From: Vicinamibacterales bacterium
GTDB lineage: Bacteria > Acidobacteriota > Vicinamibacteria > Vicinamibacterales > UBA8438
Direction of reading: 5' to 3'
Assembly: GCA_036012905.1 (NCBI GenBank)
Contig: DASCQF010000109.1
Span: 55,757 to 119,756 of the forward strand
Length of the DNA: 64,000 nt
Shown here in pieces: positions 50,312 through 59,232 of this stretch. A program made the translations under genes and the position numbers. Every line of letters begins with the position of its first letter. Within the stretch, counting starts at the first letter, position 1. The notes below the pieces were generated by a model. That model was not told the DNA's origin. It searched no databases and was given only the letters and a program-made list of their open reading frames with translations.

Positions 50312-50471
50312 GTGGTCCCGGTCGTAGATACGGTCACGCACCGAGGGCGTCGAAGCGCCCGGTCCGCAAGGCGCGAGGAGGGAGCATACCGGCAGTATTC
50401 GACCGACAAGCAACGCCGCGGGATGGGATGCATCGGCGGCCGAATGCGACCGTATTTGTGACCGGGGCCAC
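50312..50471. mobile_element. MITE (family C) with ~28-bp imperfect terminal inverted repeats and TAA target duplication
   Basis: TAA-gtggtcccggtcgtagatacggtcacgca ... tgcgaccgtatttgtgaccggggccac-TAA. The core is shared with 13172-13309. Confidence 0.75.
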
Positions 50472-50531
50472 TAAGCCCAGCACGTTCGCCCGTGTCGTGA
50501 CCGAGACGGCGCGCCGAGCCAACGAGATCAG

Positions 50532-52700
50532 ATGACAACCCTAGGCCTCGACGGAATTGACTCGCTTCCGGCGCGCATCGAACGACTTGGCGAGCTCGCG
50601 CTCGATCTCTGGTGGAGCTGGAACCCGCACGCCCGGAACGTCTTCCGTCGTCTCGACTACACGCTCTGGCGATCGACTGACCACAACCCGGTGCGGATGC
50701 TCCGGCTGCTGCCACCCGCGGCACTCGAAAAGGCCAGCCGAGACCCGATCTTCCTGGATCTCTACGACCATGCGCTAGCCGGCCTGGACCCGACCCGGAC
50801 TGCCACCGGGACCTGGTGGAGCGAGCGGATGCCCGCGATGCCCGGCCGGTCGATCGCCTATTTCTCAGCCGAGTTCGCAATCCATCAGTCGCTACCGATC
50901 TACGCCGGCGGCCTTGGTGTGCTGGCGGGTGATATCTGCAAGGAGGGTAGCGACCTTGGGCTGCCGCTCCTCGGGGTCGGCTTCATGTACCCGCAGGGCT
51001 ACTTCCACCAGCACGTGTCAGCCGACGGCTGGCAACAGGAAGGCTACGAACAGCTGAACTGGGCCGACGCGCCTGTGACCCCGGCGGTGACACCAGGTGG
51101 ACGACCGTGTGTCGTCACGGTGCCGCTCGGTAGCCGTACGGTGAAGGTCTCGGTCTGGCGCGTGCGCCTCGGGCGCACCAAGCTGTATCTCCTCGACACC
51201 GGTCTCGAGGAAAACGCGCCGTGGGACCGGGAGCTCTCCGCCCGGCTGTACGGCGGCGACACCGAGACTCGTATCCAGCAAGAGATCATTCTTGGAGTCG
51301 GCGGCGTGCGGGCACTCCGAGCTCTGGGCTCCGACCCGGTGGTCTGGCATCTCAACGAGGGCCATGCCGCATTCGTCGTGCTCCAACGGATGCGCGAGCT
51401 GACCGAGCAGGGTCAGAGCTTCGAGACCGCCCTGGCCGAAGTGCGGCGAACAACGGTGTTCACCACGCACACACCTGTCCCGGCCGGACACGACACGTTC
51501 CCGTTCCGCCTCGTCGAAGCCCATCTCGCCGGCTGCTGGGGCACGCTCAGAGGTCACCGTGAGGCGTTTCTGGCGCTGGGTAATTACGACAACGGCAGCG
51601 GCCCACACTTCAATATGACCGCGCTGGCATTGCGCACGGCCGGGCAGGTCAACGCCGTCAGCCAGCTCCATGCTGGCGTGACCAGACAAATGTGGGCGCC
51701 GATCTGGCCAGGCCTGAAGGACGACCGCCACCCGGTGCGCGCCCTGACAAACGGCATCCACATTGGAACGTGGGTGGCCAGCCGACTGGCGCAGCTGTTC
51801 GACCAGTATCTCGGCGCGAACTGGCGAGACCAGCGCGACGACGGGGTTTGGGACCGCGTGCGCGAGATTCCGGACACCGAGCTCTGGGGGGTTCGACAGG
51901 AATTGCGCCGGTATCTGTTCGATTTCATTCGCGAGAGGGCGCGTCAACGCTGGACCAACGAGCGGGTCGGCGGCGGCCAGGTCCTGGCTGCCGGGACACT
52001 GCTCGACCCAAACGCGCTGACCATCGGATTTGCCCGGAGGTTCACCGAGTACAAGCGCCCCGAGCTCATCTTCACCGACCCCGAGCGACTGGCTCGCCTG
52101 CTGACCGCAGCCAAGCGACCGGTCCAGCTCGTGTTCGCGGGCAAGGCACACCCGGCCGATGATCCGGGTAAACATCATCTCCAGCACGTCTACCAGCGAG
52201 CGCTCGACGGTGCCTTCGGCGGGCGGGTGGCCTTCGTCGACGACTACGACCTGCATGTCGCGCACTTCCTGGTCCAGGGCTGCGACGTCTGGCTCAACAA
52301 CCCGCGCAAGCCGCTCGAGGCCAGTGGGACCAGCGGCATGAAGGCGGCCCTCAACGGCGTGCCACACCTGAGCATCGGAGACGGCTGGTGGGCGGAAGGA
52401 TACGCCGGCGACAACGGTTGGCTCATCGACGGCGGCGAGCACCCGGACCGTGCCTCCACCGACGCCGCCGACGCCGACGCGCTTTACACGCTCCTCGAGC
52501 GGAAGGTGGTCCCGGCCTTCTACGACCGTGACGACGCCGATCTGCCCCGGCGATGGCTCGCGATTGTGCGACAGGCGATCCGCGCTGTCGCACCGCGCTT
52601 CACGACCCGGCGGATGGTGACTGAGTATGTCGAACAGATGTACGCACCGGCGATACGCGGCAGCGGGTACGAGTACCCGCAGGAGACAGGAGAAACCTGA
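50532..52700 (+). CDS. glgP: Alpha-glucan (glycogen) phosphorylase
   Basis: YAGGLGVLAGD, HLNEGH, FARRFTEYKR and EASGTSGMK (PLP Lys). Confidence 0.95.
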   Translation: MTTLGLDGIDSLPARIERLGELALDLWWSWNPHARNVFRRLDYTLWRSTDHNPVRMLRLLPPAALEKASRDPIFLDLYDHALAGLDPTRTATGTWWSERMPAMPGRSIAYFSAEFAIHQSLPIYAGGLGVLAGDICKEGSDLGLPLLGVGFMYPQGYFHQHVSADGWQQEGYEQLNWADAPVTPAVTPGGRPCVVTVPLGSRTVKVSVWRVRLGRTKLYLLDTGLEENAPWDRELSARLYGGDTETRIQQEIILGVGGVRALRALGSDPVVWHLNEGHAAFVVLQRMRELTEQGQSFETALAEVRRTTVFTTHTPVPAGHDTFPFRLVEAHLAGCWGTLRGHREAFLALGNYDNGSGPHFNMTALALRTAGQVNAVSQLHAGVTRQMWAPIWPGLKDDRHPVRALTNGIHIGTWVASRLAQLFDQYLGANWRDQRDDGVWDRVREIPDTELWGVRQELRRYLFDFIRERARQRWTNERVGGGQVLAAGTLLDPNALTIGFARRFTEYKRPELIFTDPERLARLLTAAKRPVQLVFAGKAHPADDPGKHHLQHVYQRALDGAFGGRVAFVDDYDLHVAHFLVQGCDVWLNNPRKPLEASGTSGMKAALNGVPHLSIGDGWWAEGYAGDNGWLIDGGEHPDRASTDAADADALYTLLERKVVPAFYDRDDADLPRRWLAIVRQAIRAVAPRFTTRRMVTEYVEQMYAPAIRGSGYEYPQETGET

Positions 52701-52718
52701 CGGCTTCGCCGGCCTCGG
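52680..52718 (-). repeat. Repeat family A, copy 6 (supplies the glgP stop codon)
   Basis: caggagacaggagaaaccTGAcggcttcgccggcctcgg. Confidence 0.75.
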
Positions 52719-52800
52719 CCTACCCCTGCCCTGAGACGGAGTTGTCAGGACGTCGGGATTCCAGCGAGGAGCAGACTCGCCGAACAACGCGGCGTCCGAT

Positions 52801-53196
52801 TCACTGGCCGCTGATCGGGGGGTGGTGGAGAATCTGGATGGTATTGCCGTCGGGATCGAACAGGTAGAGGGACCGGGCCCCGTCGCGGTGCGTGCGTGGG
52901 CGCGCCTTGAACCGCACGCCATGCGCATCGAGATACGTGGCCCAGCGGTCGACGTCCTCCGGCTCCCGAACGAGCAGGCCCAAGTGGTCGAGCCGACCAG
53001 CCTCCCACGAACGATCGGGACCGGCCCGATGCAGGGCCAGGTTGTCGGTGCCCGAGGTCAAATAGACGTTGTCCGGGTCCGGCTCCCATTCAACCCGGAA
53101 ACCCAGCCGGTCGATGTAGAAGCTCTTCATCTCGTCGAACGCCCGCGCAAAGAGCGCCAGATGCCGCAACCCCAGGTGAGCTGGTCGCTCAGTCAT
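52801..53196 (-). CDS. VOC/glyoxalase family protein
   Basis: GLRHLAL, LDHLGL and HRDGARSLYLFDPDGN. Confidence 0.9.
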   Translation of the reverse strand: MTERPAHLGLRHLALFARAFDEMKSFYIDRLGFRVEWEPDPDNVYLTSGTDNLALHRAGPDRSWEAGRLDHLGLLVREPEDVDRWATYLDAHGVRFKARPRTHRDGARSLYLFDPDGNTIQILHHPPISGQ

Positions 53197-53249
53197 TCCG
53201 TCAGTCTACTCGCTCGCGCTACGGCGGGTCTCTGAACTAAGATCTCGGG

Positions 53250-53708
53250 ATGTCTCCACGGTCGGCCGCCCAGGCGCGATGTGCGTTGTGCGGTGTCAAG
53301 GATGTATCCGAGCCCCGTAGCGAGGCGAAGTATTGCCGCGACTGCTGGGACAAGAAGATAGCCGTCGAGGACATCGTCGCCAGGGAGTTCGCCCTCAAGC
53401 GATACATCCGGGCCCACAGCGCCGAGAAGTACCTCGTGTATCATTCGACGCTGAAACGGCCGTGTGGCCAACTCATCGTCGTCGACGACGGCTACGACCT
53501 GTTCCTGACTTTGGTGCTGTATCCCAGCTTCGCCTGGGACGAGGCGGCGTATCATCTCGAAGGCGACCCAGAGGGCCGGTCATTCGTGGAGATTTTGGTC
53601 GACGTGGTGGCGGCCGAGGTGATCGAGCCGTGGGGCGGCGGAAAGTGGCACCTGGAGATTTTCCATTCCAGAGACGCCGAGCCCGAGGACTGGAACGGAG
53701 AAATGTGA
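53250..53708 (+). CDS. Hypothetical protein with N-terminal CxxC...CxxC
   Basis: CALC..CRDC, plausible composition and a -10 box just upstream. Confidence 0.75.
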   Translation: MSPRSAAQARCALCGVKDVSEPRSEAKYCRDCWDKKIAVEDIVAREFALKRYIRAHSAEKYLVYHSTLKRPCGQLIVVDDGYDLFLTLVLYPSFAWDEAAYHLEGDPEGRSFVEILVDVVAAEVIEPWGGGKWHLEIFHSRDAEPEDWNGEM

Positions 53709-53784
53709 CGTTGAGGTTTCGGGCGACGCACCATATAATGCGCCCGACGTGTTGTGAATCAGAGCAATCCGGAGGTCAACAACT

Positions 53785-54333
53785 ATGAGACGCCTGAATC
53801 TAACGGCGCTACTCGGTTCGGTGGTGGTCGTCATGCTCTCGGTCGGTTGTGCGGGCGGCGAGGCCGCGGACAGCGTAGAGGTGGCAGCGCCGGCCGTGGA
53901 GATCGGGCTGCGCGAATTGCTCGACAGCCAGCCCGACTCGCGGCTGGTCGCGGCCATGCGCGGTCCGGGGCAGGTCGGCTATCTACAGCCGCGGTCGCGA
54001 CGCGACGGTAACGACATGGTGACGACATTCCGGATCAAGAACATCTCGACCGGCGCGCTCGCGGGCTTCAAGGTGGACGAATTCTGGTATGACGACGCCG
54101 GCGACACCGTGACCGGAGGCTCCTTCCGAAAGCGGGAGCCGTTCCTGCCGGAAGAGGTCATAGAGGTGGAGTTGCGGATTCCGCGCAACTCGCGGATGTC
54201 GCGTAGCAACTACGAATTCAGCCACCAGAACGGCCTAGTCGAGGCCAACCTCTTCGATGAGATGGAGGAGCCGACGCCGATGGAGGAAGCGGCCGAAGAG
54301 ACCGACGCCGCCGCAGAGACCCCGGCACGCTAG
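53785..54333 (+). CDS. Putative lipoprotein
   Basis: Lipobox LSVGC, RBS GGAGG, upstream TATAAT and downstream hairpin. Confidence 0.75.
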   Translation: MRRLNLTALLGSVVVVMLSVGCAGGEAADSVEVAAPAVEIGLRELLDSQPDSRLVAAMRGPGQVGYLQPRSRRDGNDMVTTFRIKNISTGALAGFKVDEFWYDDAGDTVTGGSFRKREPFLPEEVIEVELRIPRNSRMSRSNYEFSHQNGLVEANLFDEMEEPTPMEEAAEETDAAAETPAR

Positions 54334-54364
54334 CCTACAGCCCCTCGACCCTCTCGAACCTGAC

Positions 54365-54403
54365 GAAGGCGCCCGCGAACCCAGACGTTCGCGCGGCGCC
54401 TTC
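54365..54403 (+). terminator. GC-rich hairpin after the lipoprotein gene
   Basis: gaaggcgcccgcgaac-ccagac-gttcgcgcggcgccttc with a weak U-tract. Confidence 0.55.
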
Positions 54404-54521
54404 TCGCTGTGCGGCCTGCCGCTCACCATCCTGTCTGGAGCGCGCCGAGGCCGCGCGTCGCCGTTCCGGCCGCCCCGCCCTCGCACCAGACTCCTCGAGT
54501 GATGCGAATCGGGTCTGGCGC

Positions 54522-54662
54522 GTCAACTTTTGTTCGCGGTGCTTTTGCTCTCGTGTCGCTCAGAGAGTCTGGCCACCCGCGTAGCGGGGCCCTTGAAGAA
54601 TGGTCGCCTAGCGAGGCGGGAGCCGACGGCATCTGGGTGATCTGAGGCGGAACCTCGCTAGA
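54522..54662 (-). repeat. Repeat family B, full copy
   Basis: Reverse complement tctagcgaggttccgcctcagatcacccagatgccgtcggctccc...gccccgctacgcgggtggccagac...aaaagttgac. Confidence 0.75.
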
Positions 54663-54765
54663 ACCCTCCGTTCCAACCTTCCGACATAGCCCGGCGTCCT
54701 AACAAGAGAGGATGGAGAATTACCTGCCAACGGCCGACGGCGTGGCCACTGCTATACTGCCCGCC

Positions 54766-55947
54766 ATGAGGCTGGATATTGCCGCGGTACAGCGCGCGCT
54801 ACGCGACGACGGTCTCGACGCGTGGCTGTTGTACGACTTTCACGGCTCAAATCCGATCGCTCGCCGGGTGACCGGGCTGAACGCAGCAGCCAAGCTGACG
54901 ACACGGCGCTGGTACTATCTGATTCCGGCCGACGGCGCGCCACGGGCGCTCGTGCACGCGATCGAAGACGACCGCCTCGATCATCTTCCCGGAGACAAGA
55001 CCCGGTATGCGCGGCACGGCGAGCTCGACGCGGGACTGCGCGCGCTGCTGATCGGCTGCGCGTCCGTGGCGATGGAGTTCTCGCCCGGGTGCGCCATACC
55101 CTACGTCTCACGGGTCGACGCCGGCACGGTCGATTCGATCCGCGCGCTCGGTGTCGAAGTGCTATCGTCAGGCGACCTGGTCCAGCGGTTCGAAGCAGTC
55201 TGGGACGCGGCGGCGCTCGAGTCCCACGAGACCGCCTCCCGAGCGCTCTATGCCATCAAAGACCGAGCATTCGACCTGGTGACCCAGCGGATGCGTGACG
55301 GCGATTCGGTCACCGAGCTGGAGGTCCAGGACGCGATGGCCGGCTGGTTCGAGCAGGAGGGCCTGATCAGCGACTCCCGCCCGGTGGTGGCGGCACAAGA
55401 GAACGCGGGCGACCCACACTACCTGCCGACACGCGAGCGGCATCGGGTCATCGACCCCGGCGTGGTACTGCTGCTCGATCTGTGGGGCAAACTGCCCACA
55501 CCGGGAGCGGTCTATGCCGACATCACGTGGATGGGATTCACCGGGACCACCGTGCCGACCCGGTATGCCAAGGCGTTCACCGTGATCCGAGAGGGACGTG
55601 ACGCGGCGGTCTCACTGGTCGAGCAGGCGGTGCGCGACCGTCGCGAGCTACGCGGCTGGGAAGTCGACCGAGCAACACGCGATCTAGTTACCGCGGCCGG
55701 ACTCGGGGACCATTTCATCCACCGAACAGGACATAGTCTGGGAGAGGAAGTCCATGGCAACGGCGCGCATCTCGACGATTTCGAGACGCACGACGAGCGC
55801 CGGCTGCTCCCGGGCACCGGCGTGACCGTCGAGCCCGGCGTGTATTTCGAGGACTTCGGTCTCCGAACAGAAGTCAACCTGCACATCGGGCAGGAATCGG
55901 CGACCGTCACAGGTCCCTTGCAGACGGAAATCAGGACGTTGAGGTAA
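54766..55947 (+). CDS. M24 family metallopeptidase (Xaa-Pro aminopeptidase-like)
   Basis: DLW..YADIT, HRTGHSLG..HG, VEPGVY and RTE. ATG 54766 follows TGcTATACT. Confidence 0.9.
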   Translation: MRLDIAAVQRALRDDGLDAWLLYDFHGSNPIARRVTGLNAAAKLTTRRWYYLIPADGAPRALVHAIEDDRLDHLPGDKTRYARHGELDAGLRALLIGCASVAMEFSPGCAIPYVSRVDAGTVDSIRALGVEVLSSGDLVQRFEAVWDAAALESHETASRALYAIKDRAFDLVTQRMRDGDSVTELEVQDAMAGWFEQEGLISDSRPVVAAQENAGDPHYLPTRERHRVIDPGVVLLLDLWGKLPTPGAVYADITWMGFTGTTVPTRYAKAFTVIREGRDAAVSLVEQAVRDRRELRGWEVDRATRDLVTAAGLGDHFIHRTGHSLGEEVHGNGAHLDDFETHDERRLLPGTGVTVEPGVYFEDFGLRTEVNLHIGQESATVTGPLQTEIRTLR

Positions 55948-55970
55948 GGTAGGGAGAGTGGAGGAGCAGG

Positions 55971-57491
55971 ATGTCAACACGTAGGAACACGCTGTTTTCC
56001 GGGGTGCTGATTGCCGTCACCTCGATGGCCATCGGCCTCGTGATCGCCGCACGACTCGACCTCGTGTCGAGCTCGGCGGCACAGACCTTCAACGCGTCGG
56101 CGCTGTCGGCCCTGCCGGAAATGAACAGCGCGCCGATCACTGGGCAGCTGGGCGCGAATACCTTCCGGGACATCGCGGAAGCGCAGAGCCCGATGGTGGT
56201 GAACATCCGCACCGAATCAAGGCGAAACACAGAGGGGCCGAGCGAATTCTTCGGTGGCGACGAGCTGTTCCGACGTTTCTTCGGCGATCCACCCGAACCC
56301 GGCCAACAGCCGCGTGAGCAACCAGCGGTTTCCGCCGGCACCGGCTTCGTCATCGACCAGGCGGGCTACATTCTCACCAACAACCACGTCGTGCAGGACG
56401 CCACCAAGATCGAGATCTCCTTCTTGGGCGATGACGACGAGACCTACGAGGCCCGGGTGGTCGGGCGCGACCGGTTGACCGACAGCGCGTTGATCGAGCT
56501 GATCGAGCACCCCGACTACGAGCTGCCGGAAGCACTGTTCGGTGACTCGAGTCAGATGCGCGCCGGCGACTGGGTCATGGCGATCGGGAACCCGTTCAAC
56601 CTCGGGCACACCGTCACCGTCGGGGTGGTCAGTGCGGTTGGCCGGCCCTTCACGCAGATCCGGGGTCGGTCTCAGCCGGTCATTCAGACCGACGCGGCGA
56701 TCAACCCCGGCAACTCGGGCGGACCGCTTCTGAACCTGCGTGGCGAAGTGATTGGAATCAACACCGCCATCGTGAGCGACCGACCCAGCAACCTGGGTAT
56801 CGGCTTCGCCGTGCCGATCAACACGGTGCGTGATCTGCTGCCGCAGCTGCGTACCGGCAAGATCACGCGTGGAGTGATCGGCGTGTCAATTCTGCCGGTC
56901 ACCAACGACGACTTCGAGTACCTGGGTCTCAGCGAGCGGGTGGGCGCGATCGTGCAGGCAATCGAGCCAAACGGGCCAGCCGACAATTCCGCCCTCGAGC
57001 CGGGCGACGTGATCGTAAGTTTCGACGGCGAGCGGGTCGAAGACATCGAGGACCTGCAGCAGAAGGTGGTCGACACCCGGCCAGGCTCGGTGGTCTCGTT
57101 GGGTGTCTACCGCGGCGGCGCGCCGACGACCGTGGCGATCACGATCGGCGAGCTGGATCTCGAGGCCCAGGGACGACCGACCCCGGAGCCAATCGAAGAT
57201 TTGAACAGCGGCTTCGGTATGAGCCTGGAGGACCTCACGGCCGAGACCGCGCGACAGCTCGACATCGACCCTGGAACGGCGGGCGCCGTCGTGACGGGCC
57301 TGGCCCCCGGCGGCCCGGCGCAGAGTGGCGGCATGGCTCCGGGCGATGTGATCACCCAAGTCAACCGGGTGCCGGTCAGCAGTGCAGCCGAGGCGATTCG
57401 GGAACTGAACCAGGTGGAGGCCGGACGCCCCGCCTTCTTGATGATCCTCAGAAACGGCTCGCAGATGTTTCTCCGGGTTCGCAAGGAGTAG
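55971..57491 (+). CDS. degP: DegP/DegQ (HtrA) serine protease with two PDZ domains
   Basis: TNNHVV, TDSAL, AINPGNSGGPL and two PDZ domains. Confidence 0.93.
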   Translation: MSTRRNTLFSGVLIAVTSMAIGLVIAARLDLVSSSAAQTFNASALSALPEMNSAPITGQLGANTFRDIAEAQSPMVVNIRTESRRNTEGPSEFFGGDELFRRFFGDPPEPGQQPREQPAVSAGTGFVIDQAGYILTNNHVVQDATKIEISFLGDDDETYEARVVGRDRLTDSALIELIEHPDYELPEALFGDSSQMRAGDWVMAIGNPFNLGHTVTVGVVSAVGRPFTQIRGRSQPVIQTDAAINPGNSGGPLLNLRGEVIGINTAIVSDRPSNLGIGFAVPINTVRDLLPQLRTGKITRGVIGVSILPVTNDDFEYLGLSERVGAIVQAIEPNGPADNSALEPGDVIVSFDGERVEDIEDLQQKVVDTRPGSVVSLGVYRGGAPTTVAITIGELDLEAQGRPTPEPIEDLNSGFGMSLEDLTAETARQLDIDPGTAGAVVTGLAPGGPAQSGGMAPGDVITQVNRVPVSSAAEAIRELNQVEAGRPAFLMILRNGSQMFLRVRKE

Positions 57492-57502
57492 GAACCGGAT
57501 CC

Positions 57503-58672
57503 ATGTCGCTCCGCGCGCTGATCGTCCAGCGGATCCGAAACCACGGGCCGCTGACGACGGCGGCGTTCATGGACCTCGCGCTGTATCACCAGACCCTCGG
57601 CTACTACACCCGCGCGCCCCGCCGGACCGGGCGCGCGGGCGACTTCTACACCAGCGTCGACGTCGGGCCACAGTTCGGAGCGCTGCTGGCTACCCAGCTC
57701 GACGAGATGCACCGCCTGCTCGCCGCGACCGGCTCCCCGACGTTCGATCTGGTGGAAGTCGGCGCGGGCAACGGACAGCTGGGGCGAGACCTGCTCGACG
57801 CTGCCCAAACTACCTACCCGGAGTTGTACACGGCGACACGACTCACGCTGGTCGAGACGAGCGCCGCCGCTCGCGCAGCCCAGCCGGCCACCCTCGGGCG
57901 ACACCGGGCTCGGCTCGCCGCCTCGTCGGCGGCTATGCCCGATCAGGTGTGTGGCGCGATCCTGGCGAACGAGCTGCTCGATGCGCTGCCGACCCACGCC
58001 GTCACGATGACCTCTGAGGGTCTGCGGGAAATCTACATCGACCTCGCCGGGGACCGCTTCGTGGAACGCATCGGGCCGCTCTCGTGCCCGGAGCTCGCGG
58101 CCTATCTCGCACGGCTCGACGTGGCCCTCGCCGCCGGCTGGCGCGGTGAGGTGAACCTGGCGGCGGCCGACTGGGTGCGTAGGGCCGCACGTCGGCTCCA
58201 GCGCGGCTTCGTGGTGCTGATCGATTACGGACACACGGCGGGCGAGCTGTATTCGGGACCACACGACGGCAGCACGCTGACGACGTTCCGCCGCCATCTC
58301 GTTGGCAGTAACGGTGACGACCCGTACCAGCGCGGTGGCCCGGCATGGCTGGCCCACCCGGGCGAGCAGGACATCACGAGTCACGTGGACCTGACGACGC
58401 TCCGGGCGGTGGCCGAAGAGGAGGGCCTCGAGGTGCTCGGCCTGACCGACCAGAGCCATTTCCTGCTCGGCCTGGGAGCCCTCAACGAAACTGACTCCGG
58501 CACCGACCCCGATGGCGTCGAAGCGGTCAGACACCGCCTGGCCCTGAAGACGCTGCTGGTGCCGGGCGGGCTTGGCAGCACCCACAAGGTGATGCTGCTG
58601 GGCAAGCAGGTCGGCACACCGGCCCTGCGGGGCTGCTCGTTCAACCCACGAACGGCCGAGTCTCACGCCTAG
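57503..58672 (+). CDS. MidA/NDUFAF7 family SAM-dependent methyltransferase
   Basis: GYY..GDFYTS, EVGAGNG, ANELLDALP, IDYG and QDITSHVD. Confidence 0.9.
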   Translation: MSLRALIVQRIRNHGPLTTAAFMDLALYHQTLGYYTRAPRRTGRAGDFYTSVDVGPQFGALLATQLDEMHRLLAATGSPTFDLVEVGAGNGQLGRDLLDAAQTTYPELYTATRLTLVETSAAARAAQPATLGRHRARLAASSAAMPDQVCGAILANELLDALPTHAVTMTSEGLREIYIDLAGDRFVERIGPLSCPELAAYLARLDVALAAGWRGEVNLAAADWVRRAARRLQRGFVVLIDYGHTAGELYSGPHDGSTLTTFRRHLVGSNGDDPYQRGGPAWLAHPGEQDITSHVDLTTLRAVAEEEGLEVLGLTDQSHFLLGLGALNETDSGTDPDGVEAVRHRLALKTLLVPGGLGSTHKVMLLGKQVGTPALRGCSFNPRTAESHA

Positions 58673-58674
58673 TC

Positions 58675-59232
58675 ATGGCAGAGATGATCGAGCGTGAGAT
58701 CAAGTTGTGCTACGACAGCCCGGCCGCGGCGCGCCGGGCAGTTGTCGCGGCAGGCGCGACGCCGCTACGGGCGCGACGCCTGCAGAACGACTGCCTGCTC
58801 GACCGGGAGACCGACCCGCTTGGCGACCGCCACTGCACATTGCGCGTCCGGTTCGACGGCGACCGCGCGCTCCTCACGTTCAAGGGCAGGCCCGCGCTGG
58901 GCACGACGAAGGAGCGGGAAGAGCTCGAGACTACCGTGGGAGACGGCGAGCTACTGCTGAAGTTGCTCGAACGGCTGGGTTATCGGGTGTGGTTCAGGTA
59001 CCAGAAATACCGCGAGGAATTCCGCCACGGAGACCTGGTGATCGCGGTCGACGAATCTCCGATCGGCACGTTCGTCGAGCTCGAGGGAAGCGAGAAAGAT
59101 ATCCTCGCCATGGCGACGACGCTCCATCGCCCCGCCGCGGACTTCGTACTCGACTCATATCGCGCGCTCTTCCTCAACTATCGCGGGGCGCGCGGGTCGA
59201 CGGCGACCGATATGCTGTTCGACACACTGTGA
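58675..59232 (+). CDS. CYTH domain protein (class IV adenylate cyclase family)
   Basis: EREIK, LRVR, LTFKG, KYREE and FVELE. Confidence 0.88.
   Translation: MAEMIEREIKLCYDSPAAARRAVVAAGATPLRARRLQNDCLLDRETDPLGDRHCTLRVRFDGDRALLTFKGRPALGTTKEREELETTVGDGELLLKLLERLGYRVWFRYQKYREEFRHGDLVIAVDESPIGTFVELEGSEKDILAMATTLHRPAADFVLDSYRALFLNYRGARGSTATDMLFDTL

Noticed and set aside
54540..54745. Structured intergenic region considered as 6S RNA or a riboswitch
   Set aside because: No diagnostic motif of 6S, TPP, glycine, SAM or cobalamin elements was seen, and most of it aligns with dispersed repeat family B.
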